From NCBI GenBank assembly GCA_937927795.1, contig CALBSF010000204.1, forward strand, positions 1 through 41,665: a stretch of DNA of 41,665 nucleotides. The letters run 5' to 3'. Source of the stretch: an uncultured Rickettsiales bacterium (GTDB taxonomy: Bacteria; Pseudomonadota; Alphaproteobacteria; Rickettsiales; UBA1997). The first letter of the stretch is position 1, and the number at the start of each line of letters is the position of its first letter. Below, piece by piece: positions 1-9,769 of the stretch. The translations under genes were made by a program, and so were the position numbers. Below the pieces are notes generated by a model that saw only the letters and a list, made by a program, of their open reading frames with translations, did not search any database and was not told the origin of the DNA.

Positions 1-3000
1 GGAAGAGAATTAACTTTGAGCTCAACCGCGATTACCAACGATGATTCAATTTATGCTGGTAATAAAATTAACATCACCGCCTCAAATTATCTTACTAACA
101 ATAAAGACATAATTTCTCTTGGGCTTGGCTTAACTGATGAAACTACTGATGACGGCATCTTGATTACTGCAAAAACTCTGAATAACAATAAGCAAATTGC
201 TGCTAAAAATAATATCACCATCAATTCAAATGCTCTTAACAACAATACTTCAAACAGCAAAATCCTTGCGCTTAACGACATCAATTTAAATGCGGTTTTG
301 GTTGATAACAGTAACGCCAATATCAAAGCAGCAAATAATCTTGTTCTTCGCAATCTAACTTTAAATGCGCCAACAATTGCTGGAAATTTTGGCGTTACTA
401 ATCAGGCAACCAGCCTAACTAACACTAACGGAACTTTTTACGCTGGCAACTTTCTTGATTTTGATTTGGGGAATTTAGCTGATTACACAATCATTGGAAA
501 TCTTCAAAGTTCAGGAAATTTAAAGATAAAAGCAAACAACATCACTAACCAAACTAACCTTCAAGCTGATGGCGATATTGAAATTGAAGCGGCTGATAAA
601 TTCATCAACGGCGTTTTATCAGGTGATAATTCTAACACCAAAATTACTTCAGGAGCCGATCTAAAAATCACTTCGAACAATCTTTTAAGCAATTACGCAA
701 CCCTTTCATCGGGAACTGATCTTGCTCTTACCTCAAGATATGGAAACATTAACAACAACACTAATGCCGAGATTATTGCCGGTAAAAGATACCAAGTAGA
801 ATTAGAAGATGGTAGCAAGGTTTGGATTAATACCGGTGCTTTATCACTTTTGGCAAAAAACGGAACTGTTAATCAAAATTCTTTAAACTCGATTGTTGTT
901 AATGGCGATTATTCTTTGGATGTAACTGATTTTGTAAATACCGGACGCGTTGATGTTGCCGGAAATTTAACGCTGAATGTTTCTAACAATTTGGTGAATG
1001 AAGCATATGCCATGATCTTTTCCGGTGGCAATATGAACCTGAATGTTGCTGGTAGTCTTATCAATAATTATAGATCGGTAATTTACTCTGAAGGCAATTT
1101 AACGATTCAAAAATATGCAGAGCTCAATTCTGACGGAAGCGCAAATCCGCTTTACAATCCTTTAAACAACCGCATAACTTCACTTACCAATTATGGTAAT
1201 ATCGAAACTTATCTCGGTAAAAATATCACCATCAAAGCTGAGAATTTTTTAAATAGCAGAACTGTTGATCCGGTAAGTGGGCTTATCGGCACTAACACTA
1301 ATTGTGTATTAACTGGCGGTGGTGGAATTGATTGCGGCGCATCAACAGCATATAGAAAAGCCGCTAATCACGATCTTTACAGTTGGACATATACTGGCGG
1401 CAATAATTGGGGAGAATTCGGTCGCACCAACTATTACACCACAACTCAAGGAACTGCCAATTCTGCTTCAAGAGCTGCAATAATTTCTTCGGGCGGAACG
1501 TTAAACATCGATTCAGGAACATTCAGCAATTACATATCGGAAATTTATTCCAAAGGCAACATGACGATCAGTGCTAACAACACTGATAATTTTAATAAAT
1601 CATTTACTTATGGAAGAACAGTAACTTTAACCGAAGTTTATGACGGAATTGGGGGCTGGCCATCTTGGTGCGGTGGTGGTAGTCCGTGCAGAAATAATTC
1701 TTACTCTTTCTCAAACTACGCCACTTCTAATGCCTATATTAAATCAGGTGGATCGCTAACTGTTACCAGAAATGGTTCCACAACAACTTCCTGGACCAAT
1801 GGTTCTGATATGGATGATTATGCTGCCGTGGGTGGCGGCGAAGGAAGAGATTTAAATTTAGTGAATAACATCGATGTTAATGTTTTAGGAACTACTGGCA
1901 CAGTTAATACTGACATAAGCGGATATTTTAACGGACCTGACAACAACGGATTATTTAACAGAAATCCAAATCCAAACGGACCGCTTTTTGAAACTAGAAG
2001 CCAATTTATTGATCAAAGTAAATTCTTCGGCTCTGATTATTTTTATCAAAGAATCGGTCTTGATCTAACCGATGTTCAAACTCAGTTCGAATTGCAAAAT
2101 AAAAGATTGGTTGGTGATCAGTTTTTCCAAACAAAAATTATTGAGGAACAACTTCGCACCATTTCTAAAAACTCATTTTTACTTTCAGCAAACGAAACCA
2201 ACATCAATAATGAAATCAAAAATCTTCTTGATAATGCCGCTGATGAATATGCTCGTTTAGGATTAAGCACTAACGCAACACTTACTCAAAGCCAAATAAA
2301 CAGCCTACAAAAAGACATTATTTGGTTTGAAACCAAAACCATTGATGGAAATCTTTATATTGTTCCAACGATTTATCTGACTCAAGCAACAAGAGATGCT
2401 CTTAAAAATGGTAATATTGCCTCACAAGCCACCATCTTTGGTAAAGACTCTGTCACCATAACTTCAAATGGTGGCATCAAAAATTCAGGATCAATCGTTG
2501 GTAGCAATGTTACACTTACTGCAAGCAATGATATCATAAATAAAAATTTCTCTGATATCACCGCACTTAATAATTTAAGCCTAACTTCTACTGCCGGTTC
2601 AATCACCAACTTTTCACAGCTTAAAGCCACAGGTGCTTTATCAATTTCTGCTGCTAAAGACATCACAAATACCTCAACAGTTTTAACCAATGCTAAAAAC
2701 CTTCTTGATAGCGAAAATGTTGCTTACTTACAAAGCAATGGCGGTGCCTCAAATAGCGGAAATCTTAAATCAACAATTTTTGAAACTGCGGGAATTTCTG
2801 CAGGAAGCCTAACTGTTAATGCTGGAAATGATTTTACTAACCAAGCGGCAAATATCACAGCAACAAAAAATACCTTAGCTGATAGCTCTACTACTTCAGG
2901 AAATCTTTCAATCACAACCGGTGATGATATCACTATCAGCACTTTAGAACTTCGCAATCGAACCGAAGAATATTGGGGACATAAAAGTAAAGGTGGCAGC

Positions 3001-6000
3001 AAAATCACCGATACAACAACTAATGTCGCAAGTAATATCAATATTGGAGGCAATCTTGATATTACTTCAACCGGACTTTCTGACACTGCAACCACCGCCA
3101 GCATCAATATAATTGGCAGCAATGTAAATGTTACAGGAAACGGCTCTCTAACTTCTGATTTTGGCAATGTTAATATTGCTAATGCGATTGATTCGAAGAT
3201 GACTGAAGAAACTTCTTCTAAATCAGGAACTTTCCATTCTCGTTATGATTCAGTTTATGATTACAAAGAAACTGCCGCTGAATCAAAATTAAATTTCGGT
3301 GGAAATTTAACTGTTAATGCTGAACTTGGAGAAACAAACTTAATTGGTTCAACTATTAAAACCAACGGTAATCTAAATATTGGCAGTTTCATGATTGCAC
3401 AGAATCTTGACGGATCATATAAAACAAATGCTGACGGAACTTTCCAAACTGTTGATGGTGGATCAGTTGTCGGTGTAAATATTAAAGCAGCAGAACTTCG
3501 AAGTGAGCATTTTGAATCTCATCAAAAATCTAAATTAACTCTTGGTGACACTTTAAAAACTTTAGCTAACCCAGTTAAAATGGGCAAACTTGCTCTTGAT
3601 GCTTATTTATTCATGGCAACTCCAAGCCTTAAAAAAGATGTTTTAGAATTTAATCAAGGTCCGAAATATGAAAGAGCTTCTGCAAAAAGCAGTACTGCAA
3701 CCACCACTCAATATTCATCTACTTTAGATGTTGGTGGCAATATGATAGTCAATTCAACTGGTGATGTTAATATTGTTGCTTCAAATGTTAATGTGACAGG
3801 AAACGCTTTAATGAATGTTGATGGCAATGTTAATGTGCTTTCAGCAGCAGAAAAAACCACCTCAAGCAGCAAGACCGAAGAAATTGAAATTGGTAAATTC
3901 AAATTAACCAGAGATTTAGCTCACGCCTCTGCTTCTGCCGGTGTTGAAGGAACTGGCTCAAGATTTGAAGATTTACTCATAAGCTCAACACAGAAATCAT
4001 CAAATATAAACATTGGCGGATCAATGCTTGCTAATGTTACAAATAATGCAGCAACTCCAGATTCTGGCAATCTAACTCTTGCCGCTTCTAACCTAACAGT
4101 TGGCGGAGATTCCATCATTAAAACAGCAGGAGATTTTAACTTAACTGATGCACAAAATACCTCATCTTACTCTAGCAAAGAAAGCACTTTAACAGTTGAA
4201 GCTGGAGCTAAAGTTGGTAACGCCTATGTTGATGTTGCTTACGCTTGGAAAGCTGTAGTTGATGCACAAAAGAAAGCAATTGAAGCTGTAGAAAAACTTA
4301 AAAAAATGGAAAGATTGCAAGATGAAGGTAAAGCAACCGCAAAAGCTGTTGAACTTGCTGCTGCCCAAGTTGTTTTAGCTCAAACCGCAGTAGCAACTGC
4401 AACTATTGCTGCCTCAGCGGCAACTGCCGGTGCTGCGAGTGCTGCTTCAACTTCCCTGGGAAGCGGGATGTATGCAGCGGGATATTTAAACATAACTTCA
4501 AGCGGAATAAAAAACACCACTGAAACTTCACTATCAAAAGCATCTAACTTTGTTGGTTATGGCGACATCGACATTGCTTCAAACAACAATGTAAATGTTC
4601 TTGGTAGTATGCTTGCTTCAGTTAATGGCAATGTATCTCTAGCAGCAGCCAATGACATTAAAATTGAAGCCGGAACTAACACTCTTTCTCAAACCAGTAA
4701 ACAAGAAACAATTTATGGTGGTGGAAGTGTTGGAAATAATGGCGTTCAAGCAAATTTCGGATTATCAAGCGGTCAATCTGATTATAACAAAATTTCTTAC
4801 ACTAACAGCCAAATCAGCGCAGAAAACGGAGCTCTTAACTTAACCACCGGCAATGATGCTAATATAAACGGAGCAAATCTTTTAGCTAAAAACATAAATT
4901 TAAGTATTGGCAATAACCTCAATGTAAGCAGCAAACAAACTGAGGAAGATTTCTCAAGCAGCGGATTTGGATTTAATTTTGGAGTTGGTGTTGGAGCAAG
5001 CGGCAACGGCGGAAATGTTGGTGGTGGATTTAACATGAGCAACGCTGATATGCACCGCCTTTGGGTTGATAATATCACCACCATCAAAGGAACTGACAGC
5101 ATGGCAGTTAATGTCGGCAAAGACTTAAACTTAACTGGCGCAGCACTTCTTTCTGACAATCTTGCACTCGCAGTAAGTGGTAACGTAAACAAAAAAGACC
5201 TAAACGACAGCTACTATTCTGAATCAATGGGCTTTGGTTTCTCGCAAAACTTCACAACTAATGGAAATCAGCCAACAATACCAGGAACTGGTGGACAACC
5301 GAATCAATTCCCTGGTGGCTCAACCACAATTTCAGGAAATTACGCGCAAAATGAATCATCAAGATCGGTTTATGCAACAATTGGCGGACTTAATTCAACT
5401 TTAACTTCCGCAACTAAAGATGTTACTGGTGGTGATTTTGAAGGAAGTTTGACTTTGGATCATAGGCTTTTCTCTGAATCTGGAAGAAGCGATATCTTAA
5501 AACAACTGAACTACAGTAAAGATTTAGTGGTGATTCCAGTCGGAACTCTTTACGAGGCTTACAATCAGAAAGGAGAAATAAGAACGGCGGCAGATGGAAC
5601 AAAACAAGGCGGTGGAACTAATGTCATTGATTCACTAGGCAACAAATATTCTACCCTTCAGGATTTAATGTTTAATCCTAAACTAACCGCTAAAGAAGTA
5701 GCTCCAGATTCAAAAGAACTAATCGCTTATGATGGAAATGATATTAATAAAAATTCTGATGCTGCTGGTGCCAGAGAATTTTATGATAGAAGCAAAGATA
5801 CTTTAGCAGTTAATATAGGAGCAAATCAAACGGATGCGGAATATGCAGGAGCGTTATCTCATGGCAACTATCATGCTCAGGTTGATAACAAAGGTATATT
5901 ATACTCACAAGCTGAAGAAAATACTGCTCATAATATTGGGGATTTCACGCAAAGCAGATGGGATACCTATCAATCTGGTAACACCAATTTCCAATTAACA

Positions 6001-6735
6001 CTTCCGACAGTAATTGCGGGCAACAATAGTTATGCGAATGGAGTGGTGTTCAACAATAATGTAAACCCTCTTATTATTGATAAAGCAGCCAATGCCATTA
6101 AGCCTGGTTTAGGCGACTCCATGAATAGTGGTCTTAAAAATTTCAAAGAAAATTCTTTAAACAACATTGCTGATAAATATGTAAGTTCAAAAGACCCAAT
6201 AGAAAAAGCCGGATTAGCCGTAATGCTAGGAATTGGATCAGTCGCTCTGCCAGAATCAGTCACTGATTTAGAGCTTACTGCTGCTATAGGCGGAGCAAGT
6301 AAAGCTTACGCTCCACAGCTTGCAGTAGGAGCTAATAAGGTGGATGATGCAGCGAGTGGATTGTGGAATAAGTTGTTTAGGGGGTCTGCTGAAGTTGCAA
6401 ATCCAATTCCTGAGAATTTAGCTAGAGTTGTTGCAGGAAGTAAGCCTCCGACCATGCTAGGGTTACCAAATAGCTCAGATGTTTTTGTAACAGATGCTAA
6501 AATTTTAGAAGGATTAAAGCCTTCAGAAATTTCACATTTATTAAAAATAGAAAAAAGTAATAGCTACAGCATAACCACCATTCCTTCAAAAGAGGTTACA
6601 GGAATAGCAACGCCAATAAATAGAACTAATCCTGGTTTTGTCGGTGGTGGAAGAACCGTTAACGGAGCTCCTGAATTTGTTATACCCAATGGACCGATAC
6701 CAAGTAACGCAACAACAAAAATTGTAACGGAATGA
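1..6735 (+). CDS. cdiA: CdiA/FhaB-family two-partner-secretion exoprotein, 5'-truncated by the window edge, with a polymorphic C-terminal toxin region
   Basis: The frame is open from nt 1, so the real start lies upstream of the window. Long arrays of Asn/Gly/Ser/Thr/Ile-rich ~20-aa beta-helix repeats (e.g. 'GNLTLNVSNNLVNE', 'GGNLDITSTG', 'GGNLTVNAELG') are typical of filamentous haemagglutinin repeats. A conserved FhaB/CdiA block is present ('FETRSQFIDQSKFFGSDYFYQRIGLD...LVGDQFFQTKII...DIIWFETKTIDGNLYIVPTIYL'). The non-repetitive last ~225 aa follow a degenerate VENN-like 'VVFNNNV'. An immunity-like ORF and a TpsB gene lie directly downstream. Confidence 0.9.
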   Translation, partial: GRELTLSSTAITNDDSIYAGNKINITASNYLTNNKDIISLGLGLTDETTDDGILITAKTLNNNKQIAAKNNITINSNALNNNTSNSKILALNDINLNAVLVDNSNANIKAANNLVLRNLTLNAPTIAGNFGVTNQATSLTNTNGTFYAGNFLDFDLGNLADYTIIGNLQSSGNLKIKANNITNQTNLQADGDIEIEAADKFINGVLSGDNSNTKITSGADLKITSNNLLSNYATLSSGTDLALTSRYGNINNNTNAEIIAGKRYQVELEDGSKVWINTGALSLLAKNGTVNQNSLNSIVVNGDYSLDVTDFVNTGRVDVAGNLTLNVSNNLVNEAYAMIFSGGNMNLNVAGSLINNYRSVIYSEGNLTIQKYAELNSDGSANPLYNPLNNRITSLTNYGNIETYLGKNITIKAENFLNSRTVDPVSGLIGTNTNCVLTGGGGIDCGASTAYRKAANHDLYSWTYTGGNNWGEFGRTNYYTTTQGTANSASRAAIISSGGTLNIDSGTFSNYISEIYSKGNMTISANNTDNFNKSFTYGRTVTLTEVYDGIGGWPSWCGGGSPCRNNSYSFSNYATSNAYIKSGGSLTVTRNGSTTTSWTNGSDMDDYAAVGGGEGRDLNLVNNIDVNVLGTTGTVNTDISGYFNGPDNNGLFNRNPNPNGPLFETRSQFIDQSKFFGSDYFYQRIGLDLTDVQTQFELQNKRLVGDQFFQTKIIEEQLRTISKNSFLLSANETNINNEIKNLLDNAADEYARLGLSTNATLTQSQINSLQKDIIWFETKTIDGNLYIVPTIYLTQATRDALKNGNIASQATIFGKDSVTITSNGGIKNSGSIVGSNVTLTASNDIINKNFSDITALNNLSLTSTAGSITNFSQLKATGALSISAAKDITNTSTVLTNAKNLLDSENVAYLQSNGGASNSGNLKSTIFETAGISAGSLTVNAGNDFTNQAANITATKNTLADSSTTSGNLSITTGDDITISTLELRNRTEEYWGHKSKGGSKITDTTTNVASNINIGGNLDITSTGLSDTATTASINIIGSNVNVTGNGSLTSDFGNVNIANAIDSKMTEETSSKSGTFHSRYDSVYDYKETAAESKLNFGGNLTVNAELGETNLIGSTIKTNGNLNIGSFMIAQNLDGSYKTNADGTFQTVDGGSVVGVNIKAAELRSEHFESHQKSKLTLGDTLKTLANPVKMGKLALDAYLFMATPSLKKDVLEFNQGPKYERASAKSSTATTTQYSSTLDVGGNMIVNSTGDVNIVASNVNVTGNALMNVDGNVNVLSAAEKTTSSSKTEEIEIGKFKLTRDLAHASASAGVEGTGSRFEDLLISSTQKSSNINIGGSMLANVTNNAATPDSGNLTLAASNLTVGGDSIIKTAGDFNLTDAQNTSSYSSKESTLTVEAGAKVGNAYVDVAYAWKAVVDAQKKAIEAVEKLKKMERLQDEGKATAKAVELAAAQVVLAQTAVATATIAASAATAGAASAASTSLGSGMYAAGYLNITSSGIKNTTETSLSKASNFVGYGDIDIASNNNVNVLGSMLASVNGNVSLAAANDIKIEAGTNTLSQTSKQETIYGGGSVGNNGVQANFGLSSGQSDYNKISYTNSQISAENGALNLTTGNDANINGANLLAKNINLSIGNNLNVSSKQTEEDFSSSGFGFNFGVGVGASGNGGNVGGGFNMSNADMHRLWVDNITTIKGTDSMAVNVGKDLNLTGAALLSDNLALAVSGNVNKKDLNDSYYSESMGFGFSQNFTTNGNQPTIPGTGGQPNQFPGGSTTISGNYAQNESSRSVYATIGGLNSTLTSATKDVTGGDFEGSLTLDHRLFSESGRSDILKQLNYSKDLVVIPVGTLYEAYNQKGEIRTAADGTKQGGGTNVIDSLGNKYSTLQDLMFNPKLTAKEVAPDSKELIAYDGNDINKNSDAAGAREFYDRSKDTLAVNIGANQTDAEYAGALSHGNYHAQVDNKGILYSQAEENTAHNIGDFTQSRWDTYQSGNTNFQLTLPTVIAGNNSYANGVVFNNNVNPLIIDKAANAIKPGLGDSMNSGLKNFKENSLNNIADKYVSSKDPIEKAGLAVMLGIGSVALPESVTDLELTAAIGGASKAYAPQLAVGANKVDDAASGLWNKLFRGSAEVANPIPENLARVVAGSKPPTMLGLPNSSDVFVTDAKILEGLKPSEISHLLKIEKSNSYSITTIPSKEVTGIATPINRTNPGFVGGGRTVNGAPEFVIPNGPIPSNATTKIVTE

Positions 6736-7013
6736 AAACTAAATTAGAAAAAAATGAAACCTATTTAAAAGGAGAATGGATTGAAAAAAATGATGAAGTT
6801 GTGGGAGATGAGACTTGCAACAGAATACGTAGCTTAATTACGAATTTTGAAGAAATTTCCTCCACAAGTGGTGGATGGGAAATTCTATATAGAGATAGCT
6901 CGGATGGCAGATATTGGGAATTGTTCTACGAACATAGTGATTGGCATGGCGGCGGCCCGCCTTCATTAAGAAATATTTCCGAACTTGAAGCTAAAGAAAA
7001 ATACAAATTTTAA
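6732..7013 (+). CDS. cdiI: Putative CDI immunity protein (93 aa)
   Basis: The ATG overlaps the cdiA stop (ATGA at 6732-6735), the usual toxin-immunity coupling. It is a small acidic cytoplasmic protein. The motif 'WEILYRDSSDGRYWELFYEHSDWHGGGPPSL' resembles, from memory, a polymorphic-toxin immunity family (Imm27-like); this is not verified. Confidence 0.65.
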   Translation: MKTKLEKNETYLKGEWIEKNDEVVGDETCNRIRSLITNFEEISSTSGGWEILYRDSSDGRYWELFYEHSDWHGGGPPSLRNISELEAKEKYKF

Positions 7014-7017
7014 GCAA

Positions 7018-7563
7018 ATGAAAATAAAAATCTGTAATCAGAAAATTAGAAAATTTCTTTTACTGGATGATCCTTGTCAAAAACAACCATGGCGCAGGTT
7101 TTTTGCTAGAGCCATTGATTTTACTATCTGTGCAAAAATAGCAAAAATAATTGGTTATTCAATAATATCCGATGATGAGCAGCTAAATCAAAAATTAGCG
7201 ATTTTATTCATATTCTGGCCAGTCCTAATTCTTCCTTTTTGGGCTGTAATAGAATCATATCTTCTTAGCAAATGGAGCAAAACCCCAGGTAAGTGGATGT
7301 TTGGAATTTCGGTAATCACATTAAGCAATGCTAAATTGTCGTTTAAAGCTGCCATATCAAGAACTATACAGGTATTTGTGAAGGGTTTAGGCTTGAACAT
7401 TCCTGTAATCAATCTTTTTACTTTGAATAAATCCTTCAGAAAGCTTGTTGACGATGGAAACGCTCTTTGGGATCAATCTTGTGGCACAAAAGTAGTATTT
7501 TCTAAGCCGAGTATTTTCGGTATAGTGGTGTTAATATTAATAATATTGGATACTATTTTTTAG
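7018..7563 (+). CDS. RDD-family-like integral membrane protein in the bcpO position
   Basis: I prefer ATG 7018 over the TTG 6985 of the ORF track, which overlaps cdiI. 'WRRFFARAIDF' is followed by several hydrophobic helices (LAILFIFWPVLILPFWAVI, IFGIVVLILIILD), consistent with an RDD-type fold. It lies between cdiI and cdiB. Confidence 0.55.
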   Translation: MKIKICNQKIRKFLLLDDPCQKQPWRRFFARAIDFTICAKIAKIIGYSIISDDEQLNQKLAILFIFWPVLILPFWAVIESYLLSKWSKTPGKWMFGISVITLSNAKLSFKAAISRTIQVFVKGLGLNIPVINLFTLNKSFRKLVDDGNALWDQSCGTKVVFSKPSIFGIVVLILIILDTIF

Positions 7564-7564
7564 A

Positions 7565-9355
7565 ATGAGATATTTTACAATTGTCCTAATCCTTATAACA
7601 ATCTTTCCCTCTTTAGCTCTAGCTCAAGCAACTCAAGAAATTATCAACCAACAAGACTGGATTACGCGCCAACAGCAAAACAAAATCGAAGAAGATCGGC
7701 GTTTAAGAGAGCAAGAAACCATCCGCAAAGAACGGACTCGTAAGAAAAAAGAAGCCGAAGAGGAAAGTAAAAAACAAACTCCAATTTCAGGAAAACCTGC
7801 AGAATGTTTTCCAATAAAATCAATTGCTTTAATCGATGCCAATTCAGTTTCTAAACGCCAGCAGAAAAAACTGACTTCACCTTTTATCGGTAAATGCGTT
7901 GAGGCAAAAACCCTAACCGAAATTATCACCGCAATTCAGACCTTTTATAATGACGAAGGATATGTAACTGCGCGAGTTGTTGTGCCAAAGCAAAATATCC
8001 AAAGCGGCAATTTAGAGCTGAAAATTTTGGAAGGAAAAATTGATGAGGTGATCGTTGGCGATAACCATTTCACTGACAAGATGCAGGAATTTACTGCCTT
8101 TGGCTTTATGGAAGATGACACGTTGAATCTACAAGATATCAATCAAGGCATTTATCAAATGAACCGCCTTCCTTCAAACAACGCCACGATGAAAATCGAG
8201 CCAGCAATTAATGAAGGCGAAGCAAAAGTTTATATCGCCAATCAAAAGAAATTTCCGGCGCGCGCAACAGTTGGTTATGATAATTTAGGAAATGATTTCA
8301 CCGGAGTAAAAAGAACAAACTTCTCTGGTGGAATTGATAATCTGCTTTCATTGAATGACAGCATCAACCTTAGCTACTCAACCAATCTCAACGATGACAG
8401 CCAAGAAAAAGATATTAAGTCATTCACTTCCGGCATTTCAGTTCCATTCGGCTACAACACATTTTCTTACGATTATTCAAGATCAGAATTTCGCGGCACG
8501 AATCCAGGCACAAACGGACCAATTCGCTTAACAGGCTTTTCCGAACGCAATAACGCTACGATTGATCGCGTTCTTTTAAATAAAGGCAATTTTCGCCTTT
8601 CAACAAATGCTTCACTCACAACCAAATCTTCTGCCAGCTATTTGAATGGTGAGAAAATCGAAACTTCTGAGCGCAAATTAACTATTGGAAATATTGGTTT
8701 TACAATTTCCAATTACTTCAAAAACGGCGTTAATCTTTATCTTAAGCCAAGTTATTCCAAAGGCTTAAAATTGCTCAACGCCAAACAAGACGGATCAAAT
8801 TTAACTGCCGACACACCAAAAGCGCAGTTTGATTATTTCAAACTTTACGCCTCAGTTTCAAAAAGATTAACAATTCCAAAAACCGAGATTCCGTTCACGC
8901 TTTCAACAGAGATGGACAGCCAATATTCCAAGCAAACACTTTTTGGAACGGAGCAATTTTCAGTCGGCGGATATTATTCTGTTCGTGGTTTTAGAGAAAA
9001 TTACATTGTTGGAGATTCAGGCTATTACTTCCGCAACAAAGCCAATTTAAACATTGGAGCACTTGCCGCGCCTTTCACAAAAAACAGTGAAGGAATTATC
9101 AGCAAAAACCTCGTTCATCTCAACAAATTTGCCGTTGAGCCATTTTACGATTACGGTTATGTCAAAAATAAATATGTCAGCAATGGTGCAGATGGAAGGC
9201 TTGCTGGCGCTGGTGTAAAAACCTTGTTTAACAGCAGATATTTTAACGCCTCCCTCACTTATTCTTGGGCGACAAACCAATCGCGCTTAATCACCTCAAA
9301 CACAAAAGAAAATAAACTAATCTATTTTGAAATCAGCACAACTTGCTGCCAATAA
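7565..9355 (+). CDS. cdiB: ShlB/FhaC/HecB-family TpsB outer-membrane transporter
   Basis: Signal peptide 'MRYFTIVLILITIFPSLALAQA'. POTRA-like region ('IALIDANSV...TLTEIITAIQTFYNDEGYVTARVVVPKQNIQSGNLELKILEGKI'). C-terminal beta-barrel with alternating hydrophobic residues, including 'FSVGGYYSVRGF', the conserved TpsB loop-6-like motif. Confidence 0.9.
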   Translation: MRYFTIVLILITIFPSLALAQATQEIINQQDWITRQQQNKIEEDRRLREQETIRKERTRKKKEAEEESKKQTPISGKPAECFPIKSIALIDANSVSKRQQKKLTSPFIGKCVEAKTLTEIITAIQTFYNDEGYVTARVVVPKQNIQSGNLELKILEGKIDEVIVGDNHFTDKMQEFTAFGFMEDDTLNLQDINQGIYQMNRLPSNNATMKIEPAINEGEAKVYIANQKKFPARATVGYDNLGNDFTGVKRTNFSGGIDNLLSLNDSINLSYSTNLNDDSQEKDIKSFTSGISVPFGYNTFSYDYSRSEFRGTNPGTNGPIRLTGFSERNNATIDRVLLNKGNFRLSTNASLTTKSSASYLNGEKIETSERKLTIGNIGFTISNYFKNGVNLYLKPSYSKGLKLLNAKQDGSNLTADTPKAQFDYFKLYASVSKRLTIPKTEIPFTLSTEMDSQYSKQTLFGTEQFSVGGYYSVRGFRENYIVGDSGYYFRNKANLNIGALAAPFTKNSEGIISKNLVHLNKFAVEPFYDYGYVKNKYVSNGADGRLAGAGVKTLFNSRYFNASLTYSWATNQSRLITSNTKENKLIYFEISTTCCQ

Positions 9356-9481
9356 AATAAAGCAATCACCCCTTCTTTCAACTTGATAGACACTTCTTTT
9401 TAAGTAACATCAACACATTGTAAAGCCTTGATATAAGAGGCTTCACACATGTTTTGATTATTAACTTTTTAAAGGAGTTTT

Positions 9482-9676
9482 ATGTCAGTAGAAAACAAAA
9501 TCGTTTATTATTTTTTGCGCATTTCAGCAGAAAGATTTGCCTCAGATTTACAACATTTTCAAAAGGAAATTTCTAACTTAAGCGATGAAGAACTTTACGG
9601 AATCGTTTCTTATTTTGATAGTATCCGCGATAATCTTATGAATGTTAAAAGAGAACTAGAAAAAAGATTAAAATAA
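9482..9676 (+). CDS. Hypothetical small protein (64 aa)
   Basis: A strong SD (AAAGGAG) lies 6 nt upstream of the ATG. The protein is helical and charged with no recognisable motif. It lies in the gap between the CDI locus and the recombinase module. Confidence 0.4.
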   Translation: MSVENKIVYYFLRISAERFASDLQHFQKEISNLSDEELYGIVSYFDSIRDNLMNVKRELEKRLK

Positions 9677-9769
9677 AAGCTCTACACAGATTGTAAAAAT
9701 TTTTAAGCTGTTGATATGGGCCGCAGAAGCGGTCTCTTTAAAAATCCAAAAATTTAAAAAAATTCACTT

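Noticed and set aside
87-6263. Seven minus-strand ORFs (87-353, 2382-2690, 2724-3167, 3708-3902, 3921-4118, 4797-5192, 6030-6263) and two short plus-strand ORFs (2072-2260, 4652-4843) nested inside cdiA
   Set aside because: They lie entirely within a very strong 2239-codon ORF. Their translations are hydrophobic, low-complexity mirror images of the Asn/Thr/Gly repeat codons, with no start context or motifs. They are typical shadow ORFs.
6400-6735. Assigning the CdiA terminal domain to the TNT-like NAD+ glycohydrolase family on the basis of the 'GFVGGGRTVNGAPEF' glycine-rich motif
   Set aside because: This is only a vague resemblance to a 'GGG-x-Q' segment, recalled from memory. No other catalytic residues could be aligned by eye, so the family is left unassigned.
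9356-9769. Search for a tRNA/tmRNA gene or recognisable att core at the prophage junction
   Set aside because: I found no cloverleaf-compatible sequence or T-loop (GTTCRANYC) motif, only short hairpins (aagcct-N9-aggctt near 9422-9442; ggccgc-agaa-gcggtc near 9719-9734). Serine-integrase att sites cannot be recognised from one end alone.
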